Of a stretch of 64,000 bases of DNA, positions 55,436 to 64,000 are shown in pieces (positions within the stretch are counted from its first letter, which is position 1; every line of letters starts with the position of its first letter). Under the pieces are notes generated by a model. The model searched no databases. It worked only from the letters and a program-made list of their open reading frames with translations, and had not been told where the DNA came from. This stretch comes from Planctomycetota bacterium (GTDB taxonomy: Bacteria; Planctomycetota; UBA11346): positions 32,001 through 96,000 of the forward strand of contig JBBQSO010000007.1 in the NCBI GenBank assembly GCA_038213805.1, given 5' to 3'. Made by a program: the position numbers and the translations under genes.

Positions 55436-56515
55436 CTAGGAACCTGCGCGCGGCGCCGCCGTGCTGGCGCGCACCACCAGGCGCGCCGCGACCAGGCTGA
55501 CCGCCGGCGCCGGCCTGCCTGCCAGCAGGTCGATGACGACGTGCACCGCAGTCGAGCCGATCTCGGCGAGAGCGTGACTGACGGTGGTCAGGGGCGGAGA
55601 GGCGGCGGCACCGAGCAGGTCGTCGAAGCCGATCACCGACAGATCGCGCGGCACGCGCCGGCCGCGATCGCGGGACAGCTCGAGCAGAGCGATCGCGACC
55701 ATGTCGTTGTGGCAGCAGACGGCGGTGACGTCATCAGGCCACGTCACCTTGGCGAGCGCTGCGCGCAGGTCGGCCAGGCCCTCATCGACGTGGCCATCGC
55801 GGTAGACCGGCTCCTGGATCGCCACTTCGCGCCCCACCAGCCGGTGCGCGCGCATCGCGGCGCGGAACGCCGCCCGGCGCTCCGGCAGACTCGTGGTCCT
55901 GCCGCGTGCGTAGCCGATCCACAGCACCGAGCGGTGACCCAGTTCCGCGAGGTGCGCGACCGCGGCGGCGATACCGGGAGCGGGATCAAGCCGGACGTCA
56001 TGAGGCGAGCCGACATCGTGGCCGCCGATGGTCACCACCGGCCGGCGGCTGGCGAAGAGTGCGGCGGGCAGGGTGGGGAAGAGTTGCCGCGGCGCCACCA
56101 GCGCGTCGATGCGACCGGTCTCGAGCAGCTGCAGCGCATGGGCGACCGCATCATCGCACGAGCTGCCACCGGCCAGCAGCACGTCATAGCCATGCTGGCG
56201 CGCCGCCTGCCCGATACCGCCCAGGATCGCCCCCCAGAAATCGACGCCCAGGATGCCCTGACCACCGAATCCCGTGGTCAGACCGATGGTGAAGGAGCGC
56301 CCGGTCGCGAGCGTGCTGGCGTGATAGTTGCCGCGGTAACCGAGCGACTGCGCGGCGGCGCGCACGCGCGCCCCGCATGCGTCGCTAATGCGCAGTTCAG
56401 CCGCCCGCCCACGCAGGACGGCAGCGGCAGTGGATTTGCTGACCCTGGCGAGTGCCGCGACCTGAAGCAGGGTCGGCGCCCGGGAGCGCGGCGGCAGGGC
56501 GGTCACCGCCGCCAT
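55436..56515 (-). CDS. LacI-family transcriptional regulator
   Basis: PTLLQVAALARVSKSTAAAVL HTH, LGYRGNYHASTL hinge, CCHNDMVA, VPRDLSVIGFDD, PPLTTV and LVVRAST. Confidence 0.92.
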   Translation of the reverse strand: MAAVTALPPRSRAPTLLQVAALARVSKSTAAAVLRGRAAELRISDACGARVRAAAQSLGYRGNYHASTLATGRSFTIGLTTGFGGQGILGVDFWGAILGGIGQAARQHGYDVLLAGGSSCDDAVAHALQLLETGRIDALVAPRQLFPTLPAALFASRRPVVTIGGHDVGSPHDVRLDPAPGIAAAVAHLAELGHRSVLWIGYARGRTTSLPERRAAFRAAMRAHRLVGREVAIQEPVYRDGHVDEGLADLRAALAKVTWPDDVTAVCCHNDMVAIALLELSRDRGRRVPRDLSVIGFDDLLGAAASPPLTTVSHALAEIGSTAVHVVIDLLAGRPAPAVSLVAARLVVRASTAAPRAGS

Positions 56516-56716
56516 CCGCGGCTGCGCACGCAGGGTGACCGCCGGACTGGCCCAAGGTGGACGGATGCGACGTGGGATGCGGCCAGGGGAGACTCCAGAG
56601 GCGGTGGACCGGTCAGCCCGCGAGGGTCGCGGACCTGGATCACGAATCTGCAACCGGCCCGCTGCCGTGCAAGGTCACGGCTGGGGCGGCCGGCCGCCCG
56701 GCCAGCAGCGGGGCCC

Positions 56717-59023
56717 TCATTGGAGCTCCATCTGCACGACGTCCTTCCGCCGGCTCTCGGGGCTGACCACGACCGTGGTCACGCGGCCGCCGCGCACCGT
56801 GGCGGCGATCACCGTGTCGTGCGCGGCGTGCAGGCGGAAGTCGACATCCCACGCCTTCGGCCACGCCGGGAAGAGCAGGATCTTGTCGCCGCGCGCCTGC
56901 ATCAGCATGGACTGCAGGATGAGCTGCCCGGCGCCGCCGTTGTCCAGGTCGGGCTCCCAATCATGCGCCGGCTTCCAGAACCAGCGGAAGCGCTCGCTGC
57001 CGTAATTCATGAAGTTGGCGGCCACCTCCGTCTGCGCGCGCGCCGCCCAGCCCAGGCAGGCGGCCTGGATGCCCTGCTGACCCCAGCAGGTGCTGTCAAC
57101 GAAGCGCTTGGCTTCGTAGGTGGCGCGGGCGAGCTCCAGTTCCGGCAGACCGACACCGAAGAGCCGGTAGGGATGGACGGCGTACAGTTCCGGATTCTCG
57201 CTGTTCTTCGGCGCATCGAACGACGCGGCCGGCCACAGGATGGCGGTGCCGGTTGGCGATGCCTGGTCGGACGTCACCGGCACCTTGCCAGCGGCGTCGG
57301 TGCGGCCCCGCGGCAGCGGCGGCAGGTCGGCGAGCGTGGTGCGCCAGCGCGCGCGCTGCGTCGGCGTGGTCAACCCCTCGGGCATCGCAAGCAGGCGGGT
57401 CAGCACCTGCATCAGGCCGGCGATGTCGGGCAGCGGATCAGCCGCATGCTGGCGCGTCTCGAGCGCCTCCGACGGTGCGAAGCGCAGCTTGCCGGCGACG
57501 CGCGGCCAGTGCTGGTCGAACCACAGCGTGAAGGCGTCGGCGAGCGGTAGAAGCGTGCCTGTGGCCAGCTCCGCATCATGATGCAGGTCCCAGGTGTCGA
57601 GCAACATCATCATCAGCTCAGGCCCGTTATTGAAGTGGCGACCAATGTACGGATTGGTCATCTCCGGGCCGGGATTTCCCCAGCCAAAGTCGTTGTTGGA
57701 CGGCAGACCGAAGAAGAAGATGGTCTCGGGGAAGATCGCGCCGTCGTGCTTCCAGTACAGGCGCGTGCGTGCGGTCGCCAGCGGCAGCGCGGCTTTGTAC
57801 ATTGCGAAGAACGGTGCCAGACTGTCGAGGTCGCCGTCGGCGATCATCGGCCAATAGACCAGGCGATTGTTCTGGAACCACACGTTGCTGCCCCAGGCAC
57901 GGAAATCGGGGTCCATGCGGCCCTTCTCCGGGACGTAGGGCGTTCCGGGAGCCGGCTCCTGGCCGACCGTGAAGATGCCTCCATTGAACTTCATCGGCGC
58001 CGGTCCGCGACCCTCGCACGCTGTCATCCAGCGCTGCATGATGTACCCCTGGGTGACCTCCGCCGCGTGCGCGGCGCCGCCGACCAGGATCCAGCTGCGT
58101 TCCCAGAAGCGGTTCCACCACACCTGCGTCGCGGCGCGCGCGTCTGCGGCATCGCGCGCCGCGGCCTGTGCCGCGGCCGCCTGCACGCCGCTGCGCCAGT
58201 CGTCGACGCTCTCCGCCACGTTCGCGAACGCGGTGATGTCCAGACGTAGCCCTGCCTGCGGCGTCGCAGTGGCCAGCGTGTGGGCGTCCACGACCGCCAG
58301 CCCCGGCCCGCGCGCCAGCGCGCCGACGTTGCGGTTGATCAGCGGATCGGGGTGCGCGCTCTGCAGCGCCTCGAGGTGCTGGTTGCGCAGCAGGTCGCCG
58401 TAGATGCTGCGCGCGTTGTGGTGCAGCCAGATCAGGCTGTCCGGCGCCGCCAGCACGGTGTCGGGATCGATGGTCGGCCCGCCCGCGGGCGAGCCCTGCA
58501 GTTCGCGCAACCCCTGCCCGAGTTCGGCGTTTCCGGCGGCATCGACCAGCGGGCGCGGTGCAGTGCGCCACAATTCGAGACCGACCCGGGCCGCGCGAGG
58601 TTGCGTGTCCACCAGCTGCACGTGGATGACCGGCGCATCGACGTCGACCCACGCCTGCAGCACGGCCTGCCCGTCGCCATGGATCTCGATCACGCCGTCG
58701 CGGGTGCGCAGCACCTGCCGAAATGACGCGCCCGCGCGGAAGGGGCTCGGAGTGAAGGTCACGCGCACCCGTCCGAGCTTCAGCAGCTGGCCGTTCTCGC
58801 TCCACGCATCGGTCTTGCTGATCAGCAGCACGACGTCGCCGTTCGCCTCGGTCCACAGGTTCATGCCCAGGTCACCGTTGCCGATCGGCATCGAGTCACG
58901 GTAGTCGGTGCCGGGGGCGTCCCAAGTCAGGGTGTACGGGTCTTCCGCGGCGCCGAGAGGCACCAGCAGGGCGCAGAGTGCGGTGAGCGCGGTGAGCAGG
59001 ACGGGCATGAGGAGGTGACGCAT
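56717..59023 (-). CDS. DUF5703-domain / GH95-like glycoside hydrolase, copy 2
   Basis: Colinear paralog of 40703..43012 with the same motifs and the identical C-terminus RRKDVVQMELQ. Confidence 0.8.
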   Translation of the reverse strand: MRHLLMPVLLTALTALCALLVPLGAAEDPYTLTWDAPGTDYRDSMPIGNGDLGMNLWTEANGDVVLLISKTDAWSENGQLLKLGRVRVTFTPSPFRAGASFRQVLRTRDGVIEIHGDGQAVLQAWVDVDAPVIHVQLVDTQPRAARVGLELWRTAPRPLVDAAGNAELGQGLRELQGSPAGGPTIDPDTVLAAPDSLIWLHHNARSIYGDLLRNQHLEALQSAHPDPLINRNVGALARGPGLAVVDAHTLATATPQAGLRLDITAFANVAESVDDWRSGVQAAAAQAAARDAADARAATQVWWNRFWERSWILVGGAAHAAEVTQGYIMQRWMTACEGRGPAPMKFNGGIFTVGQEPAPGTPYVPEKGRMDPDFRAWGSNVWFQNNRLVYWPMIADGDLDSLAPFFAMYKAALPLATARTRLYWKHDGAIFPETIFFFGLPSNNDFGWGNPGPEMTNPYIGRHFNNGPELMMMLLDTWDLHHDAELATGTLLPLADAFTLWFDQHWPRVAGKLRFAPSEALETRQHAADPLPDIAGLMQVLTRLLAMPEGLTTPTQRARWRTTLADLPPLPRGRTDAAGKVPVTSDQASPTGTAILWPAASFDAPKNSENPELYAVHPYRLFGVGLPELELARATYEAKRFVDSTCWGQQGIQAACLGWAARAQTEVAANFMNYGSERFRWFWKPAHDWEPDLDNGGAGQLILQSMLMQARGDKILLFPAWPKAWDVDFRLHAAHDTVIAATVRGGRVTTVVVSPESRRKDVVQMELQ

Positions 59024-59077
59024 AGAGCTTCCTTGGGTAACCGTGTCGCTGCCGACGCGCTGCGCGAGCGCGCGTTC

Positions 59078-59995
59078 CTACTTGACTGTCTTCAGCTCGG
59101 CCAGGCGCTTCTCGTATTGGGCCAGTTTATCTTCGCCAGCGGGATACTGCACGTCGAGGGCGACATCCGGCCGTTGGGCCGCGAACGCCTGCTGGTCTGC
59201 CGCGCCGATGTAGGCCCAGGCGAGTTTGAGCTTCTTTAGCGACGGGATGGCGGCGAGGTGCGCGAGGCCATCGGCGTAGGGCAGTACCATGTCGTGGATC
59301 TCGACCTCGCGCAGCGCCTTCATCCCACTGAAGGCGGCGAAGTCGTGCGCCGTGTACGCCTGTGGATCCCAGTTGGGGGTGATCTCCAGGCGTTCGAGGT
59401 GCGCGAGACCGGCGATCAGCGGGAAGCTGGCGCGCGTGATGCGGACGTGGCCGAGGCGCAGGTCCTTCAGCTGCTTCAACCGGGCGATCACGGCGACGCC
59501 TTCGTCGCCGATGATGCAACCGCCAAATTCGATGGTCGTCAGGCTGCCGCAGCCCGTGAAGGCGGACAGTCCGCTACCGGTCAGCGTCTGCGAGTGGTGG
59601 AAGCCGAGGTACTGCAGCTCGGGCAGCGTGGCGGCCGCGGCCAGACCGGCATCCGTCACCGCGCAGCCGTTGAGGAAGATGCGCCGCAGCGAGGGGATCT
59701 TCGCGAGGCGCGCGAACTCCGCGTCGCCGAACTTCTCGCCGCCCGAAGAGAAGGCGCGCAGATCGGGCAGCGTCCCGAGCGCCTGACAGGTGGCCTCCGT
59801 CATCAGCTCCGGCGACTTGACCTCGACCTCCCAGCCGCCCGCGGTGGGATGCACCGTGATGCCCGCGGCCGTCAGCTGCGCGACCTGCTGCGGCTCGGCT
59901 GCCCCGGCGCCGCAGCCCAGGGCCACCGCGGCGCACAGGAGCAGGATGGGTGCGATCGTGCGAACGATGGACAGGACGGGGATGCGCGGGGACAT
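59078..59995 (-). CDS. Secreted leucine-rich-repeat protein (RI-like, planctomycete type)
   Basis: Signal peptide; repeats LRRIFLNGCAVTDAGL, LTTIEFGGCIIGDEGV and LKDLRLGHVRIT. Confidence 0.82.
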   Translation of the reverse strand: MSPRIPVLSIVRTIAPILLLCAAVALGCGAGAAEPQQVAQLTAAGITVHPTAGGWEVEVKSPELMTEATCQALGTLPDLRAFSSGGEKFGDAEFARLAKIPSLRRIFLNGCAVTDAGLAAAATLPELQYLGFHHSQTLTGSGLSAFTGCGSLTTIEFGGCIIGDEGVAVIARLKQLKDLRLGHVRITRASFPLIAGLAHLERLEITPNWDPQAYTAHDFAAFSGMKALREVEIHDMVLPYADGLAHLAAIPSLKKLKLAWAYIGAADQQAFAAQRPDVALDVQYPAGEDKLAQYEKRLAELKTVK

Positions 59996-60045
59996 GGGAT
60001 GACCTCGTTGGGGAGACGGAGCGGGTGCGTTCCAGAAGAGACCGC

Positions 60046-61395
60046 TCACGCGAGTTCCTTGACCGGGCCGGTCGCCACGCCGCCCTGGAAATTCACAGGC
60101 ACGGGCATGCCGATGCGGTCCACCACGGTACGCCACACGTTGGCGACCGGCATGTCCTTCTTGACCAGGTGGCCCTGGTGCTTGATGCCGAGGCCGGCGC
60201 CACCGCAGAGTATCAGCGGCAGCTGATTAGCGTCGTGCGCGCCGAAGCCGCCGTTGGTGGTGGCCCACGCGGCCACGGTGTGGTCGAGCACTGTGCCAGC
60301 ACCCTCCTTCACACCTTTCAGGCGGCCTAGGAAATACGCCCACTCCTCCATGTACATGGGGTCGATCTTGCGCCAGAAGGCGATCTTGTCCTCCTGTTCG
60401 TCGTGGTGGGTGATCGAGTGCAGGTCCCACTTGCTGCCGCTGGTGTAGGCGTAGCAGTGCGCCTCGTCGCCCTCGCTGCGCGGGATGTGACTGACCACGC
60501 GCGTGCTGTCGGTCTGGAAGGCCAGCGCGATGACGTCGAACATCAGCCGGGTATAATCACGGTAGCCCCGCCCATCACTGGCGACGCGGTCGCGCGGGGC
60601 GCCCTGGCCGAAGTCGGGCCTGGTCACGGTCGGCTTTGGGCGGTCGGCCCACGCGGCGTCGACTTTGATGCGGGCCTCCAAATCTCGGATGGCGGTGAAG
60701 TACTGATCCAGGCGATCGCGATCGGCGGCGCCGAGGCGGCCCTGCAGGCGTTTCGCCTGGTCTTTGATCGAATCAAGCAGGCTGGCGCGCTCCGCCTGGG
60801 CCTGTTTTGCCGCTGCGATCGAAGTGGCGTCCTCGGCGGCGAAGAGGCGTTCGAACAGCACCTCAGGGCGGTTCTCCGGGGTCATCGGCGTGTGATTCAT
60901 GCTCCACGACAGCGTAGACGGGAAGGGGCCGCCGAAGCCGGTCTCACGCACCATGCCCAGCACCAGCGAAGGATGGCGCGTCGCGCTGCCGTGGAAGCTG
61001 GCGAGTTGCTGATCGACCGACGGCAGTGTCTGGGCATTGCGGATCGTGTTGACGCCCGTCAGCAGGCAGCTGCACGACCCGTGGCCGCCGCTGTATGAAG
61101 TCAGGCCTGTCAGCACCGTGCAATCGTCCTTGAAGGGGGCGAGCGGCTGCAGCGTGGGCGTCAGCGTATAACCGCGGCCCTGATCGACGGGGGTGAAGGC
61201 GCGGATCTCCAGACCCAAGCCCCAGTAGGTGAACATCGCACGGCGCGGGATCTCGTGCGCGGCCATCGAACCTGCGGTGGTGACGTCCTCGGCGTTCGCG
61301 CTCATCACCTCAAGCCAAGGCAGGGCCAGCGCCGTGCCGAGACCCTTGAGGAAGGTGCGACGCGGCAGCCGCCAGCTGGAGGTGCGATTACGCAT
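60046..61395 (-). CDS. DUF1552-domain protein (Tat-exported)
   Basis: RRTFLKGLGTALALPWLE, LTPTLQPL, SVDQ, LDQYFTAIRDLE, ALAFQTDSTRV and GTVLDH. Confidence 0.9.
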   Translation of the reverse strand: MRNRTSSWRLPRRTFLKGLGTALALPWLEVMSANAEDVTTAGSMAAHEIPRRAMFTYWGLGLEIRAFTPVDQGRGYTLTPTLQPLAPFKDDCTVLTGLTSYSGGHGSCSCLLTGVNTIRNAQTLPSVDQQLASFHGSATRHPSLVLGMVRETGFGGPFPSTLSWSMNHTPMTPENRPEVLFERLFAAEDATSIAAAKQAQAERASLLDSIKDQAKRLQGRLGAADRDRLDQYFTAIRDLEARIKVDAAWADRPKPTVTRPDFGQGAPRDRVASDGRGYRDYTRLMFDVIALAFQTDSTRVVSHIPRSEGDEAHCYAYTSGSKWDLHSITHHDEQEDKIAFWRKIDPMYMEEWAYFLGRLKGVKEGAGTVLDHTVAAWATTNGGFGAHDANQLPLILCGGAGLGIKHQGHLVKKDMPVANVWRTVVDRIGMPVPVNFQGGVATGPVKELA

Positions 61396-61408
61396 GGGGG
61401 ATCCTTGG

Positions 61409-64000
61409 TCAGCGGGTCTGGAAGAAGGGGCTGGCGACCGTCGCCTGGATGATCTCCTGCAGATGCAGGCCGTGCGCCTTGGCGTGCGCGACGATTTGAT
61501 CCACCACGGTATGGTCGCCGTACGCGATCGGACGCGTCAAAGCGTAGCAGAGCAGCTTCTCGGCGAAGGCCTTGAGAAAGGTCTCCTGGTGCGCCCGCAG
61601 CGCGGCCTTGAATTCCTGCACGGTCGCGAAGGCGGTGCCGTCCGGCAACTGGCCACCGATGACCAGCGCCGGCGCATTGTCATCGCCGTTCATGCCCTCG
61701 CCATTCTGTCGGTCGCGCCACTTGCCGACGGCGTCGTAATTCTCGAGAGCAAGGCCGAACGGGTCCACGCGCGTGTGGCAGCTGGCACAGTTGTCAGAGG
61801 CTCGGTGCGCGTCGAGTCGGTCGCGCACGCTCAGGGTCTTGCCCTTGATCGCTGGCAGGGCGCCGGCGTTGGGCGGCGGCGGCGGCACCTGCTGGTTCCA
61901 CAGGGTGTCGAGCAGCCACGTCGCGCGTCGCACCGGCAGGGTGCGCGTGCCATCCGCCAAGTAGGTCAGGATGCCCGTCATACCGAGCACGCCACCGCGG
62001 CGGCCGTCGGCGGGCGCGGGCACGCGACGGAACTGCTCACCGATGACGCCAGGGATGCCGTAGTGGCGCGCGAGGCGTTCATCGACGACGATGAAATCGC
62101 TGTCCAGGATGGCGGTGATGGGCAGGTCGGCGGTCAGCAGCTGGTGGAAGAACTCCAAAGGTTCGCGCTTCGAACTGTCGCGCAGGCGGTCGTCGTACTC
62201 GCGGTACACGTCGCGGTTGGGCGCGGTGCCGTTATCGAAGTTGCGCACGCCCAACCACTGGCCCGCAAAATTGCGGGTAAACTCGCGCGCGCGCGGGTCG
62301 CCGAGCATGCGCGTGACCTGCGCGCGCAGCGCCTCGCTGCGGTGCAGCTGGCCCTTGCTGGCGAGCGCCGTCAGCACCTCATCGGGAGCGCTGCTCCACA
62401 GCAGATAGGACAGCCGGCTGGCGAGCTGCCAATCATCGAGCGCCTGCGGGCCCGCTTTGGCCTGCGGCCGGTGCTCGGCCCCATCGGCAGCTTCGGCAGC
62501 TTCGGCGCCCAGATAGAGGAATGCCGGCGAACACAGCACGTTCTTCACGCCGACGCGCACCGCGTCCGCCAGGACCAGGTGCCGATCCGCCTGCTGCTTC
62601 TGCACCCAAGCGACCAGTGCAGCCACTTCGACGGGCAGGGCCGGCCGCCGGTACGCCTTGGGCAGGAAGCGCGCAAAGATCTCGCGCAGGTACTGCGCGT
62701 CGCTGCGTGTCTCGCCCGCGAACAGCAGCGTCGTCCGCCCGTGCGGCGGCCACTCGGTGATGGGCCCCTCGAAGGAGAACGTTCCCAGCCACAGCCGCGG
62801 GCGGTCCGCGACCACCAGCTTGGGGTTGAAGACGAACATGGGTCCAGCGAAGGTGCGACGGCTCTGCAGGGCCGCGGCCAGGGCCTCCTCGGACTTGCGC
62901 TTCACGGTGGCGATCGCCTCAGCGGACTGCTTCTCCTGCTGGGCGCGCTGGATCTCCTGCGCGACCAGCACCGGCTTCCACTGCACCTCCTCATAGGCCG
63001 GGTTGACGACGGCGACGCTCTTGTCGCCGTTGTCCCAGCCGATCTCAAGCGGGTGATTCATGCCCGGCGGACCGGACTGCAGATACATCATCACCTCGTA
63101 GTCCTTCGGGGCGTCCAACGGCGCGTCGATGACCACGGTCTTGACCACCTCGATGGGCGTTCCGAAGGCGTATTCGATCTGCAGGCGGACGTCGGACTGG
63201 GCCTCCTTGCCGCGGCCGACAAAGGCGCCGGCCTTGAAGCGCAGCCGGTACCAACCGTCGCGAGTGACGCCCTTCTGCCCCCAATCCCACGCGCAGAACG
63301 GCGAGCGCAGGTTGCCCGGGTTGCGGTAATTGCTGCCGCCCGACAAATATTCGATGCCGTCGCCCTTCACCGCCCAATCGTACACGCCATGCGCAACGTA
63401 GCGCTTCTCCTTGCCGCCATCGGTCTGATCGACGGTAATCTCGCTCAGCGGTTCGGCGATGGTGGCGGCCACGCCCGGCGGCGGGTTGTCGTTGACGACC
63501 TTGCCCGTGGCGTCGCGGTGGCAGACACCGATGCCGTGGATGAATTGCTTCGCCCGCGCGTCCCAGGTCAGGTGCTGGACTTCGGGCTTGGCCAGGAAGA
63601 CGCCATCGTCCAGGACCAGCTCGGCGACGGCCAGGTACTGGCCGAGCTGCCCCTCGTCCATGAACAGGCCGGCGGCGCCGCGGTCGAAACCACCGACCTT
63701 CCCATCCGCGGGCAGTTCCTTCTCCACGCGCCGCGCGAAGCCCTCCTCCAAACTGAACAGGTCGCGCACGGTGTTGGCGTACTCGACGCGGTTCATGCGC
63801 CGCAGCGGCACGCGACCACCGGCGCCCATGGCCAGGTCATCGGTCTGCTTCAGCCGGCCGGCGATCCACGAAGTGACCGCGTACGAGGCCTTGGCGTCGG
63901 GGCGCGCCTTCTTCTTGGGCGGCATCTCTCCGCCGCTGATGCGGTCCATGATCTCCTTCCACTGCGCGGCGGTGTCGCCGACCGTGAAATCCGCGCTCAC
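61409..64000 (-). CDS. DUF1587/1595/1592/1588/1585-type planctomycete cytochrome-c protein; 5' end outside the window
   Basis: EMPPK, LRRMNRVEYANTVRDL, LASRLSYLLWSSAPD, NFAGQWLG, CASCH heme motif, DPFGLALENYDAVG. Confidence 0.92.
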   Translation of the reverse strand: MSADFTVGDTAAQWKEIMDRISGGEMPPKKKARPDAKASYAVTSWIAGRLKQTDDLAMGAGGRVPLRRMNRVEYANTVRDLFSLEEGFARRVEKELPADGKVGGFDRGAAGLFMDEGQLGQYLAVAELVLDDGVFLAKPEVQHLTWDARAKQFIHGIGVCHRDATGKVVNDNPPPGVAATIAEPLSEITVDQTDGGKEKRYVAHGVYDWAVKGDGIEYLSGGSNYRNPGNLRSPFCAWDWGQKGVTRDGWYRLRFKAGAFVGRGKEAQSDVRLQIEYAFGTPIEVVKTVVIDAPLDAPKDYEVMMYLQSGPPGMNHPLEIGWDNGDKSVAVVNPAYEEVQWKPVLVAQEIQRAQQEKQSAEAIATVKRKSEEALAAALQSRRTFAGPMFVFNPKLVVADRPRLWLGTFSFEGPITEWPPHGRTTLLFAGETRSDAQYLREIFARFLPKAYRRPALPVEVAALVAWVQKQQADRHLVLADAVRVGVKNVLCSPAFLYLGAEAAEAADGAEHRPQAKAGPQALDDWQLASRLSYLLWSSAPDEVLTALASKGQLHRSEALRAQVTRMLGDPRAREFTRNFAGQWLGVRNFDNGTAPNRDVYREYDDRLRDSSKREPLEFFHQLLTADLPITAILDSDFIVVDERLARHYGIPGVIGEQFRRVPAPADGRRGGVLGMTGILTYLADGTRTLPVRRATWLLDTLWNQQVPPPPPNAGALPAIKGKTLSVRDRLDAHRASDNCASCHTRVDPFGLALENYDAVGKWRDRQNGEGMNGDDNAPALVIGGQLPDGTAFATVQEFKAALRAHQETFLKAFAEKLLCYALTRPIAYGDHTVVDQIVAHAKAHGLHLQEIIQATVASPFFQTR

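Noticed and set aside
59078..64000. DUF1592-DUF1552-LRR genes as a novel system
   Set aside because: The DUF1592/DUF1552 pair is a common, already catalogued planctomycete and myxobacterial module; nothing distinctive here beyond the adjacent LRR gene.
1..64000. tRNA, rRNA, integrase, transposase, phage or defence genes
   Set aside because: No supporting motifs were seen by eye; a covariance-model search would be needed to exclude small RNAs.

Overview
High-GC (about 70% by eye) bacterial DNA, most likely Planctomycetota: it carries a DUF1552 plus DUF1592/1588-type cytochrome pair, a DUF6797 protein, an RI-like LRR protein and large prepilin-like proteins. The window is mainly a glycan-utilisation region encoding GH39-, GH31-, GH2-, GH5- and duplicated DUF5703/GH95-like enzymes, three beta-helix proteins, PA14 modules and three sugar-sensing repressors. 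It also holds a cusCBA copper/silver efflux block, a HAD / deoxyhypusine-synthase-like / RfaE-like kinase operon, and a roughly 900 bp non-coding REP-like palindromic array. Three signals stand out. (1) Four otherwise unrelated secreted proteins end in the same Gly/Ser linker - CG[L/S]G - transmembrane helix - Arg tail, a candidate lineage-specific surface-sorting (CTERM) signal. (2) An 18-bp palindrome, TGCTATACCGGTATAGCA, occurs six times, always intergenic and upstream of genes, defining a regulon. (3) That regulon appears to include a three-gene minor-pilin-like cassette alongside the CAZymes, with no SusC/SusD or TonB-dependent receptor in the window, suggesting a pilus-linked, CTERM-anchored glycan capture system. 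I found no tRNA, rRNA, CRISPR array or transposase. All family calls come from motif recognition, not database searches.
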